From contig NC_052161.1 of the NCBI RefSeq assembly GCF_902713615.1, forward strand, positions 69,027,424-69,091,423: 64,000 nt of DNA, read 5' to 3'. The position numbers and the translations under genes were made by a program. Shown piece by piece: positions 22,976 to 34,976 of this stretch. The stretch comes from Scyliorhinus canicula. Lineage: Eukaryota. Positions within the stretch are counted from its first letter, which is position 1. Each line of letters opens with the position of its first letter. The notes under the pieces are model-generated. The model had not been told where the DNA came from, ran no database searches, and saw nothing but the letters and a program-made list of their open reading frames with translations.

Positions 22976-24368
22976 TTTAGGGGGACATTTTGGCTGAGGG
23001 TCCTGTATATGCTGAGGATCCTGCATATTCTGAGGAATGGTTTCAGGCTGAGGAATAAGCACAGTGGCAGCATTAAATTTGCTGCATCAATGTGGATAAA
23101 CAGAAACTGCATTACAAATGCTGTTATCTCCATGTAGCATGGACTGGTGTGATATATATAGTTGGAGCAGACAGCGCTAATAAGTGAGATGTCTGTCTGT
23201 GTGGCACAACCTCGCCTTCCACTTTCCTGTTTATGTTTTCCACACTTTGCCCGTTGCCACATATTTGACAAACATCTTGCGGCTCTATCGCCTCACCAAC
23301 TGGAACTGTTTCCAGCCACAGGAATGCCGTGGGCACGTTTACAGCATTAATGAATTCAGCAAAGAATCCTGCAAATCTGAAATCCTCTTCGAAAACCCCA
23401 AGTCTTTATTTTCTCCAGATCAGTCAACAACAGAAAATATATTTTGACCATTTCTTTACGAGTGCAATACTTGGGTAGTGAGAAATTAATTGCTTGAATC
23501 TATGAAACGATATGCTGCTTCGCTAATGCAGTGACCCTGCACCATGCAGAGTGTGAGAAACACTGAGACCGTGTTCCCGCTAATGGGTGCAGTTGTCAAT
23601 TTGGTTCCAATCTGCACCCATTGTGAGTTTCCTTTCCCTCCATGTTTCTGCCCCGTCTGTGGGGAATGCAAAAGCTGCCATGAAGCAGTGCAATCAAATC
23701 TTTCAGAATGTATTTGTTTTCAAATTGCTTTCAAATGGTCTCTTTCATAGATTTAAAATGGAAACTTGAAGTGTGATTGAAGCAGCTGAAGATCCAAAAA
23801 TAACCCTTGAGTAATCACCATGTCAATTCACCTGAGCAACCTGAATTTAAACGACTGAAATCCGCCTTCATTATTATTTGAAGTGCACTCGTCTGTTTGT
23901 TTGTAAATTAAAACAAACATCACATTTAAAAGTTTTAAAAATGGGCCTTTTAGAGTCACTGCGCAAAATAAAATCCAGTTAAATTTTTAAACCCTCCAAG
24001 AGAGCAATTACAGGAAATGTAATTCGCCCTGTGGATGTGGTCGGCTGACAAGCACAGTGCTTGTAAAATCAGCGCAAAAGATTGAAGAAACCTATATTGC
24101 ACCGAATGAAAATCATACCTGAAAGTTTAGCAGGTACTTGTGTGGTTTGTGCTGCTGGCAGCTGCATTGCACCAATACAACACTGCAATTTAGAGGACAT
24201 TCCAGGCCATGTCCTGTGCAGGTCCATCGCTACCTCGGGTCTCGTACCTGTGCTTCAGATTTTTAACGTCCTAGGGTCAGGCTTTTATCCCTCATGTGGT
24301 CATCCACAAGTCCACCCTGCCCTGTGTACACTGCCACACTGCATTGTATTGGGATCTGATGTCCCTTG

Positions 24369-24770
24369 TGTCGTGTTCTGCACACTTGAGATAACACGGC
24401 CTGCAACTGGATGCAGCTTTAACTGAAAGATACTCCAGACGTTGAAGTTAGTTCAATCTGATTTATTGAACATGTCACACAGTTAGCACAGTTTTCTGTG
24501 AGTTCGACTCTCTGCTAACCTAAGTGCGATTACTCTGACTGACTGAATCAGACTAGCTCTTAGCCACGTGCTGGAGGTGTTATTTGATTTATACACCTGA
24601 CTCACTCTGTCGATGTTCCCAGTGGAAAGAGGTGGAGTGTGAGTGCCTCGTGCCTTTAGAGTGGGAAACCACCCCCAAGTGTTCTGCCTGCTGATTGGTT
24701 ATGTCCTGTTCTCTGTGTTCATTAGCTGCCTGTCTGTATCTCATTATGTGCATGTCTGCATATCATGACA
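24369..24770 (-). mobile_element. Solo LTR (402 bp)
   Basis: TGTCGTG...CATGACA termini and a perfect 5-bp TSD CCTTG (24364-24368, 24771-24775). Minus-strand AATAAA near 24463. Confidence 0.88.
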
Positions 24771-25104
24771 CCTTGTTAACTTTAAAGAGCATTGTTTGAA
24801 CAAAGAATACAGAATTCAGCTGAACCGTGCAGGGGCCAAGCCACATGTGCCTTGGAAGCCAACACGGTGGAATGCAGTATCCAGAATAGATGCTGTAAAG
24901 CCCTGATGCTTCTATGCATAATAATCAGCTTGACTTCAATTTTGATATCCACTATTTTATTTAAGCTATATATGATGTGACAAAACATATTTTACATGAT
25001 ATATTAACTGGTCAATAGACTGGATTGTGCATATTGAAATCCAACAGCTTTCTAAACGTTACCACTGTACTCAGACCTGAATGATGGTGATGTGGTTCCA
25101 TTTT

Positions 25105-25331
25105 TTATTTTTTTTATTTAGAGTACCCAATTCATTTTTTCCAAGTAAGGGGCAATTTAGCGTGGCCAATCCACCTACCCTGCACATCTTTGGGTTGTGG
25201 GGGCGAAACCCACGCAGACACGGGGAGAATGTACAAACTCCACATGGACAGTGACCCAGAGCCGGGATCGAACCTGGGACCTCAGCGCCGTGAGGCTGCA
25301 GGGCTAACCCACTGTGCCACCGTGCTGCCCC
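25105..25331 (-). mobile_element. Short V-SINE with A-rich tail and 15-bp TSD
   Basis: TSD ATGTGGTTCCATTTT (25090-25104, 25332-25346). The minus-strand target reads TT|AAAA. Confidence 0.9.
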
Positions 25332-25489
25332 ATGTGGTTCCATTTTAATGGCTACCAGATGTCTTCAACATATTGTGCACTGTGTCACAAAGGGACTGGG
25401 AATGTGCACTGGTTGGTGGTGAATGAGGTCTAGTTCAGCATTTCGCCAATTTCATTTTATCAGGGATTAATCTCGCCTGAAATGCAGTT

Positions 25490-26340
25490 GAACATAGGAA
25501 CAGGAGTAGGCCATCTAGTCCATCCAGCCTGCTTTGCCCAATAAGATCATGGGTGATCGGATACTTTACGCACACTAACCCCATGACCCTTTACATTATT
25601 GTTAACCAGGAATTTATCAATCTCTGCTTTAAGCATACTCAACGGCTGAGCTTCCACAACCCTCTGGGGTAGAGAATTCCAAAGATTCACAATCCTCTAT
25701 GTAAAGAAATTTCTCCTCATCTCAGTCCTAAGTGGCTCCCCTCTTATTTTGAAATTGTGCCCCTGGTTCTGTACTCTTCAACCAAAGGAAGCACCTTGCC
25801 TGCATTTACCTGTCTGTTTGTTTAAAAATTTTGTAGATTTCAATGAGATCGCTTCTCATTTTTTGAAATTCTAGAAAATACAGGCCCAGTTTGCACAATC
25901 TCTCTTCACAAGACAGTCCCACAGTTTACAAGTCTGGTAAACCTTTGTTGCATTCCCTCTATGGCAGTAATATCCTTTCTGAGTTAAGGGGACCAAAACT
26001 GTACACAGTACTCCAGGTACAGTCAAATGAAATTCCTATACAATTGAAGCGAGACCTCGCTACTCCTGTACTCAATTCCTCTTATGAATAGCTTACTGCA
26101 CCTGCATACTAGCCTTCAGTGACTTGTGGACAAGGGCACCCAGGTCCCTTTGTACAGCTATACTTCTTAATTTCTTACCATTTAGGCAATACTCTCCACA
26201 TCTGTTCCTTCTACCAAAACGGATTACCTCACGTTTTTCCACATTATGTTCCATCTGCCATGTTCTTGCCCACGAACTAGAAGTACCTGTGAATTTGGAA
26301 ATGTTACATTTGGTCTCCACGTCAAAATCATTGATATACT
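25490..26340 (-). mobile_element. Decayed CR1 3' fragment
   Basis: Tail GAACATAGGAACAGGAGTAGGCCAT. ORF 26093-26320 WARTWQMEHNVEK...QRDLG is homologous to CR1 ORF2. Confidence 0.8.
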
Positions 26341-27341
26341 GGTGATAATGCTACTGTCTCTCAGTAGCAGTAGTGGTGTGTCAGCCGGGTTAGGTGCTCC
26401 AGTCTTGGAGCCCAGGAATTTAAGATTCGTGGACGGGAAGTCTCTGAGTGAGATGGGTTGCCACATGCACACAAAAGTCTTGCAAGGTCAGCCAAAGGTC
26501 CTTCTTAGAATTGTCGCAGCACCAGAAATTCCTGACATGAGTTAACAGCAACAGTCCTGACTTCCCCATCACAGCAAAGGATGAGAGAAACTAGGCTGAA
26601 GTTGATGAAGCTGTAACTGCACAGGGTATTCTTCCAACACATGCACCGTTATAACACCCACATTTATGATATGGCGCTTAAGAAACCACATACGATGCTT
26701 AATCCCTAATTATTTACTATATTCCTCATTAAACATACTATGCTTAATACTCATTAATCTACTTTCCACATAACATTACATTCTATTCCTAATCCACACA
26801 AACCTATATTTAATAATATCTATTTCATGTTATTTGTCCTCCTCGATTTCCAGTCATAAAAATTACTAATGCAAGGTGGCAAAAAATCCACGCCCCACTA
26901 TTTCATGTGATACTTGAATTGATTAATCCTTAATACTTGATCATCTGCAAACATTTTAAATGATCGTTTTTTGTACCTGTTCATTGGGATGTGGGTGGTG
27001 TTGTGTTGGTTGCCATGTATAGCACATTCTACAGCTGACTGTCTGCTGTCCTCTCTGATTCTGTCTGGGAAGTTTAAACAAAGTTGGTTCAACAATGGTT
27101 GCTTGCGGTGAGTCTACATAGTGAATCTCTTTCTCAGCGTGGTACACAACAGGATGGCGATGAGGATGGGATGGAATTTTTAACATTTCATTTGCAGAAT
27201 TATGGACTAACGAACATTGTGACCCACTTTTTGGAACTCCCATTGTTGATTTTTGAGGGTGTATGAGCAGTTTGGAAGATTGCTCTGTGTGTTCACGTCC
27301 AGCTCAGCAAGTTCTCACAGTCTGCAATTGAAAGAAACGTC

Positions 27342-27955
27342 CATGGCCAGAATTTTGTGTTCCTCAAGCGGGGGGGGGGGGGGGGGGGGGGGGGGTGCCA
27401 ACCTGGAAGCATGTGAAATTGAGGGGAAAAATGTCAGCCATTTTCTCAAACGTTATCACACGCTCGAGCAATATTTCGGTCGGCGAGCACACTCACGATA
27501 AGCAGATGATTTTGCTCATTTAAGGGCAACTGAACCCAATTTTATGCAGCACGCCTGCTTTTGTGTTTGGCAGGCTGGCCGATTGACCAGGCGAGCTTTA
27601 TGTTTTTGCTTCAACTTCAATCCAGGGTGGGATGAACTGTCGGGACTGAAATAAAATTTTTAAATGTTACCTAGGGATTGAGGTTTGTGTGCTGCCTAGA
27701 CACTTTTGTAATAGTTTTTCTGTCGCTATTTATTCTTCACGGGTCAGCAGCTCCCCGGGACATCTCGGCAGCAGCTGTCCCGCTGAGGGATCACAATGGA
27801 AGAGTGATCCTTCACACTCCCTTTTCTGTGTAACCACCATCTTCCTGCAATCCCCAACTGCGCTCAACCTTTCACAGAGCGCATTTCACACAAGATGGCC
27901 GTTACCTGGCCAGCCAGCGTGAAATTGGGCTCCTGCGCCAGAGTTCTTGCGCCTG
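27342..27955. mobile_element. MITE-like insertion in the Gypsy gag region
   Basis: Begins GGCCAGAATTTT and ends AGAGTTCTTGCGCC, similar in style to the MITE ends at 12041, 32970, 59328 and 60507. Confidence 0.4.
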
Positions 27956-28102
27956 ATGGGAAGAACATTCAGGCATATATCTGGAGACAATGGGGGAATT
28001 CAACTCTAACTGGTATAATTACAAACAGAGATTTCACATTTGGCTGAAAGTGACTAAAATAGATGAGGATAAAGTAAAGGGCAAACTGAATTTGGTCTTG
28101 TG

Positions 28103-28400
28103 GGCAACACGGTAGCACAGTTGCTTCACAGCTCTAGGGTCCCAGGATCGATTCCTGGCTTGGGTCACTGAGCAGAGTCTGCACGTTCTCCCCGTGTCTA
28201 CGTGGGTTTTCTCCGGGTGCTCCGGTTTTCTCCAACAGTCCAAAGATGTGCAGGTTAGGTGGATTGCTCAGGGTTAGCTGGGGTTACTGGGTTACAGGGA
28301 TAGGTTAGAAGTGTAGGCTTAAATGGGGTGCTCTTTCCAAGAGCCGGAGCAGACTTGATGAGCTGATTGGCCTCCTTCTGCACTGTAAATTCTATGATTT
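28103..28400 (+). mobile_element. V-SINE
   Basis: Head, V-core and CR1-type tail ending TTCTATG. Confidence 0.85.
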
Positions 28401-29616
28401 TCACCAATGTTGTCCCTAAGACCCCAGTATTATAGAATATGATGAAACTAATCAGATTCTGAACTCCTATTATGGTAGAACTAAGAAAGAAATTGCACTA
28501 AGTTACATTTTAACAGAAGAAGCGGTTGTCAAGTGAGGCAACTGCAGATTATGTTCTCAAGTTAAAGAAACTTTCTCATCACTGGTATAGTGCAAACTTA
28601 GAAATCAGCCTTGGATACATTTTCATAGGAGGCTTAAAAAACAATAAAATCCAAGCCAGGCTTTGGGTAAAGACAATAGGGTTATTTATGAAGGAGGCCT
28701 GCAATGAAGCTATGACCATGAAAATTGGTCAGTGTTGCAAATTGCAAGGGAGTTCTTTCCCTGAGTTAACAGGGGAGGTGCACCCGATTTCAGCCAGATT
28801 CAGGTCACAGCAACTAAGTTCACAGACTCAGAAACCGAAATTCAGATGTTAATTTTGCTTTGGTAGCCACCTACCATTAAATGCCCCCATTTCCAGTCAA
28901 AATGCCAACCATGCCTTTGGGAAAGTCAGTCATATCCCAGTGGCTCAATGAGTAGAGGAAACGGTAATGCTCTAGGTCGAGGTGGTGTATCAAGCTGAAG
29001 GTAGATCAAAGCTAGTTCAGGGCCTAGGAATGTCCTCAAAAAACTTTGGACAGATATGAAAATAGAGATTGATTTTGCTGAGAGGAAATTCCAGAGTTGT
29101 ACCCAATCATAGAGTAAGGACACGTGCAAGATGGCAGCACAAGGGCGAAACATATAACTCCAACACTCACAGTAGGATCGAACGTCAGAGATCAGCAGCT
29201 TAGTTTCATCGTTGATACAGTTGCAGAAGTATGTGTTATCTTGAAAGGAGTAGGGTATAAGCGACCCCTAAGTCACATGCTCTTGTGCAAAACCGTTGTG
29301 AAACTGTCTAGGTATTCCAATAACAGTATTCCAGTGTTAAGTAAAGTTATTGTTAGCATGGAATTTTATGATGCTTCATAATACTCTCAATTGGTGGTAA
29401 TGGGAAGGAACAGTGTGTCCCTGGTGGGAAGAAACTGGCTTAAAAGCTATGGTTAAACTGGACTAAGCTATTTACAATAGGGTGACATTGAGAAACTGCT
29501 GAGATAAATCAGTGTATGAGCAAGAAGAACCAAATAATAAAACCTGTTATCCCAAGGCTGAAGCCAAGAAATGTGCAGCTAGCATCTTGCAAGACTTAGT
29601 CTAGTGCCTTATGTAC

Positions 29617-30800
29617 AATGGGAAGAAGTCAGGGACACTGGCAGCAATTTTCAAATCCTCACTGGCCACAGGTGAGGTGCCAGAGGATTGGAGGACTGCA
29701 AATAGAACATAGAACAGTACAGCACAGAACAGGCCCTTCGGCCCTCGATGTTGTGCCGAGCAATACCCTACTCAAACCCACGTATCCACCCTATACCCGT
29801 AACCCAACAACCCCCCCCCCCTTAACCTTACTTTTTTAGGACACTACGGGCAATGTATCATGGCCAATCCACCTAACCCGCACATCTTTGGACTGTGGGA
29901 GGAAACCGGAGCACCCGGAGGAAACCCACGCATACACGGGGAGGACGTGCAGACTCCGCACAGACAGTGACCCAGCCGGGAATTGAACCTGGGACCCTGG
30001 AGCTGTGAAGCATTTATGCTAACCACCATGCTACCGTGCTGCCCCATTGTCCCATTATTAAAAAAGGGAGGTAGGGATAGTCCAGGGAATTATAGGCCAG
30101 TCAGTCTAACCTCGGTGGTAGAGAGGTTACTCAAAAGAATTTTAAGGGACAGAATATATCTACACTTGGATAGACACTGATTAATAAGGGATAGTCAGCA
30201 TGGATTTGTTAAGGGAAGGCCGGTTTGAGAAACAGTTTTTTGAGGAGGTAACCAGAAGTGTTGATGAGAGTAATGCATTTGATGTGTTCTATATGAACCT
30301 TAAGGCTTTTGGTAATGGTAGACTGGTCAAAAAAGGAAGATCCCATGTGGTCCAAAGTAAAATGGCACATTGGATCCAGAATTGGCCGAGAGGCAGGAAG
30401 CAGAGGGTGATGGTAGAGGGATACACCTGTGATGAGAAGTATGTTTCCAGTGGGGTGCTCGGTGCTGGAGCCCTTTCTATTTGTGATGTACATTAATGAT
30501 TTGGATTTTGGGGGTATGACCAAGAGGTTTGTGGATGACAAAGAAAATTGGTTGGGCGGTAAATAGTGAGGTGGATAGCCGTAGACTGCAGGAGGGTATC
30601 AGTGTACTGGTCAATTGGGCAGAGCAGTGACCAATGGAATTTAACCAGAAAAGTGTGAGGTAATGAACTTGGGGAGGACTAACAAGGCGAAGGATTACCC
30701 TATGAATGGTAGGACCCTGGATAGTAATGAAGATCAGAGGGACTTTGGGAGTGCATATCCATAGATCCCTGAAGGTGGCAGGAAATGTAAAGAAATAGGA
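29617..30800 (+). mobile_element. Decayed CR1 RT fragment
   Basis: PGNYRPVSLTSVV, SQHGFVKG, WIQNW...RKQRVMV and FVDD remnants. Confidence 0.85.
29702..30045 (-). mobile_element. Full-length young V-SINE with CR1-shared tail
   Basis: Nearly identical to 40532-40876. The tail matches the CR1 3' end at 5091-5150. Confidence 0.92.
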
Positions 30801-31499
30801 AAATTATAAAGCAGAGGGGCAATTAAGAAGATGAAAAGTTGTGGCGTGTCTCAGGATGGTCAAACATGAGAGAACTGTGGGCTGGTGGGCACACTCATCA
30901 GCCAGTGGGTAAATGTTGAGTCCATGCCCATCCCACAAGTGCCAAAGCTAATGACGTTTTGAGAAGTTGATTTGTAGTTTATGGGTTTCCAGAGCTGTTG
31001 ATGCCAGATAATTGTCTTCCATTTACATCAGAATAGTTTGAAATATTTGAGTTAGAATGGAGTCAAACACACTCGAATCCCACCCTATGACCCAGAACCA
31101 AATGGTGCTGCAGAAAGAAGTCTACAGATTGCGAAGTGGTCTTCACAGAAATATTTGCTCAGTGATCAGCTGTGCTGCAGTTTCCAGTCAACACAGACTC
31201 AACAATTCTCTGTTCTCTCACGGAATAACGCTGCAGTCTACTCCACGTTGCTGACCTCACAAGTTTGTATTTAAACATGTTCCTAGGACAAGGTTCAGTT
31301 TGCCTCCGCCTGATGTCAGTCACAAACTAAAAGAAAAATTGAAGATAAGACTTAGTTCAATGCCGGCTGACGGTTGTGGTGAAAAACCAGCGAGATGAGA
31401 AGAAGCATGTGATTGGAGGTGTTGTAAACAGATGCACATCTCGTGAAGATTGGACAGAAGCTTGATCATTGTAATGAAGGCTACTGGCTTGAAAGGAGA

Positions 31500-32310
31500 G
31501 TTCTGATGTTTTGTTTTAATTCGTTAATGGAATGTGAGTGCCACTCACCTGGCCAGCATGTTGCCCATCTCTTGAGAACCCATATTGCTGTGGGTTTGAT
31601 GTCACATGCAGGTCAGATAAGGTAAGGGAGCATATTTCCTTTCCTGAAAGGCACGAGATGGGTTTTTATGACAAATGTTGTTTCATGATCCCATGGAAAT
31701 TAATTTAATAATTTAATTTAAATTCCACCAGCTGTTGTAGAAGGATTTGAACCTGTGTCTGCAGAGGATTAGCCTGGGCCACTTGACTGCTAATCCAGAG
31801 CCTGGGGCTGGTTTAGCGCAGTTGGCTGGGCAGCTGGTTTGTGATGCGGAGTGAGGCCAACAGGTTATTCATGAAGGTCCCACCTTCTCAACCTTAACCA
31901 CGCCTGAGGTGTGGTGATCCTCAGGTTAAATCATCACCAGTCAACTCTCCACCTCGAAGGAGAAATCAGCCGATGTTTTTTAATTCATTCATGGGACGTG
32001 GGCGTTGCAGGCTGGGCCAGCATTTATTGTCCATCCTGAATTGCCCTTGAGGGGACAGTTGAGAGTCAACCATGCTGCTGTGGACCTGGAGTCACATGTG
32101 GGCCAGACCAGGTAAGGATGGCAGATTTCCTTCCCTAAAGGACATCAGTAAACCAGATGGGTTTTACGATAATCGACAATGGTTTCATGGTCATCATTAG
32201 ACTTTTACTTGCATATTTTTTATTGTATTCAAATTTCACCATCTGTTGTGGCGGGATTTGAACTTGGGTCCCCAGAGCATTATTCTGGGTCTCTGGTTTA
32301 CTGGTCCAAA
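31500..32310 (-). mobile_element. Two copies of a SINE-like repeat (31500-31800, 31976-32310) flanking a + strand tRNA-SINE (31804-31975)
   Basis: Shared TTTAATTC..ATGG..GTG..GGCCAGCAT..GCCCATC and GGATTTGAAC (B-box complement). 31804-31975 matches the reverse complement of 62535-62742. Confidence 0.6.
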
Positions 32311-33339
32311 CACAATACCTCGGTGGTGCAGTGGTTAGCACTGCTGCCTCACGGCACCGAGGTCCCAGGTTTGATCCCGCCTCTGGGTTACTGACCGTGT
32401 AGAGTTTGCATATTTTCCCTGTGTCTGCGTGGGTTTCGCCCCCACACCCAAAGATGTGCTCACTCTTTTCGGGGTGTTAGACCCCTTTACCTGAACCAGG
32501 TGAAAATGAATAAAACAAACTTGTGTAGAAAAAGGCAAAAAAGAAAACCCAACTCAAAATGTATGCTGGCAAAATGGAGGGTGCAGACTTTGCATAATTT
32601 TAAGTCGAATGTGTTCACTTCTGAAAGTAGACCCTTAGAGATTTGCCTTCTCACAAATTTCTTCGGTAATGGAATGTTGTTTCAGTGCTTGGCTTAAATC
32701 GACACTTAAGCAGAAAACCATTCCCCCAGCTGCGGCAAATGGGAGTCTCAGTCAGTGTATTGGGGTTAATTGAAGGTGAGATGCAGTTTGGATCATATGA
32801 GAGTCTATAATTCTGGATGGAAAGTGTATACTTTGGCAAATTTAGAGTTTGACCCCCCCCCAGCCCGTGTGAAGTACCAGCTCACACAGGGTTCCGTGTC
32901 TGTGCAGTGATGCACGTCAATAAGTGTAGGAATTTTCTGTAAATATCTGGGTAAAAGTTCAAGCCCACCTGGGCCAGAATTATTCCGTTCCCCTCCACGT
33001 CTTTCCGCTGTGGGGAGAATTCCATGGATTCTTTAAACTTACTGAACTATAAAGAGCAAGATTTTATGTTGGTATTTTGTTTAACTCTGTCCTTATTCTG
33101 TGTGGTGATTTTAGTGCAAACATTGACATACTTCTGGGTGCCTTTGCCAAGCTCTGATATACTCCCAGGACTCCGCACAAGATTATACATTCAAGAATGT
33201 CTTTCATACACTTTCATGCTGTGGGGGTCCATTTGCATGGATTTATTTCAAACAATACCGCATGTCTGATATTCCATGGAATCCATAAATGTGCTTAAGG
33301 GACCACCCCTCCCAATATTTGCATTGTAACTCGACCTCT

Positions 33340-34925
33340 AAATAATGATGCCAGTTTCGGTATGGTAGAGTTGGATGAGACCAAGGAGAGATTCTGCACT
33401 CGCCTTGAGCAATCCCAAGTTTGGGGCCCAACTGGGGACAAGCTGACCCTCCTCGGGGGTTTCAACTCCAGATTCGGGAAGGATGCCAATCTCAGGAAGG
33501 GTGTGATAGACAAGGAAGGAGTAGGGAAAGCAATGTTCAATCGATTCCCTCGCCTGATAAAATGTCGGGAATACAACGGTGGCATAACCAATACCCTGTT
33601 CCACTAGGCCTCATGGCAGCATCCACGGTCAAGTGTTGACAATTGCCCGCTACATCATCGTTCACAGAAGGGACTGTAGGTATGTACATAATCACCCAAT
33701 GCATCACAGCTAATGACAACTGCTGGACCGATCACTGCCGTACCCTCTCTACCATCCTCAAACCATTAATGCAACAGAAGCAATGCCGCAAGAAAATTAA
33801 CATTGAATGTCTCAAAGATCCTACCAGGCTGGTCCTTCTGTTATGGGAGAGGTGTTTTCAGAACCCCAAAATGTATCATGGAGTTCAACCAACCTTTTAA
33901 TGGATTGTTGCTTTTGAAGCACACGGCTTGTTCCCCAGGTGTGGTATTACAATTATGGACACGTGGTTTTTAAAACAAAACAATGTTTATTCCATGGACT
34001 CAACTTAACCTTTTAAATAAACATTGGATCTCTTAACACCCTTTTACTTCAAAGTTAACCCCAAAAATAATACAACACTACCCAATCCTGCTAACTGTTC
34101 CTATACACATCCAAAAGACTTCACCTGTAACAACAGACATGAGGTTACATTCAATATATTTATAGTCTTTGGATTTGCAGACATCCACAGACACGCTCTG
34201 TGTTTTCTTCCTGCAGTTCCTTGCAAAACACAGACACTTCCAGCTTTCTCCTCAAACTGAAACTAAAAACTTCAAAATGGCTGAGCTAAAGCCCAGCTCC
34301 ACCCACACTCTGACATCCCTGCATTTCTTAAAGGTACATTGCTCAAACATCCAATTCTTAAAGGCACTCTCACATGACACTCCTTGATCAGTGCCTCACT
34401 GCCAACCTCTCAAGCTCTAGCCACCAGGAATTGCAGTGTGCCCACAGTGCCGCCGGACCCAAAAGTCTGACATAATCACCTGTTGAAGATGTCCTTGGCT
34501 CCAACAGGAAACATCCCGACTGCTTTGATAATCTAGAGATAGAGGATCTAATTGAATACGAGCACAAAGCATGAGTTGACTGGAAACTTGACCATGGCTT
34601 GAGAGTAAAGTAGCATTCATGTAGGTGGCTAAAGGCAGCAGTACAGTGTCAAACCTGTGGCACAAAAGAACAAATGATGGGCAAAAAGAGTGTGAGAGAT
34701 CCAACAACACAGGCATGCAGGGTTTTTTCAGGGCCGGCGAGACGTTCTATAACCTAAGCACTCAAGGGCCCACCAGCTGAGAGACAAGCATAGAGGTCAG
34801 CTCATCAAAGACACGTAGGCAGCTGGGGTTCATTGGAGAAAACATTGAAACTCAGTGTTTGACATGAATTTACTCAAAACCATTCCACAAAATCCCTCAG
34901 GTGACTTAATCTCAGCACTACCCAA
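33340..34925 (+). mobile_element. Decayed RTE-clade LINE endonuclease region, interrupted by a solo LTR
   Basis: DETKERF...DKLTLLGGFNSRFG...GVIDKEGVGK, ITNTLF and CWTDH are RTE-type APE motifs. Confidence 0.7.
33839..34379 (-). mobile_element. Solo LTR (541 bp)
   Basis: TGTTATG...CATGACA termini with flanks CTTC/CTCC (4-bp TSD, one mismatch). Minus-strand AATAAA near 33990. Confidence 0.8.
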
Positions 34926-34976
34926 GTCTCGGCGATAAACCTGTCGTGGCGACGCTCTGGATGATTCAATCATGGC

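Larger units (their letters stand above)
27155..31480 (+). mobile_element. Decayed Gypsy-type internal region (gag-protease ... integrase) with nested MITE, SINEs and CR1
   Basis: PBS-like TGGCGATGAGG at ~27155. Gag remnants (GEFNSNWYNYKQRF, ADYVLKLKKLS, FIGGLKNNKIQARL) and a decayed Cys/His knuckle at ~28846-28890. Protease FIVDTVAEV at ~29200. Integrase NGVKHTRIPPYDPEPNGAAER at ~31055-31120. Confidence 0.7.

Noticed and set aside
21982-23271. Pro/Ser-rich extensin-like ORFs (429 and 265 aa)
   Set aside because: They are translations of the C-rich strand of the G-rich minisatellite, and unit lengths are not multiples of three.
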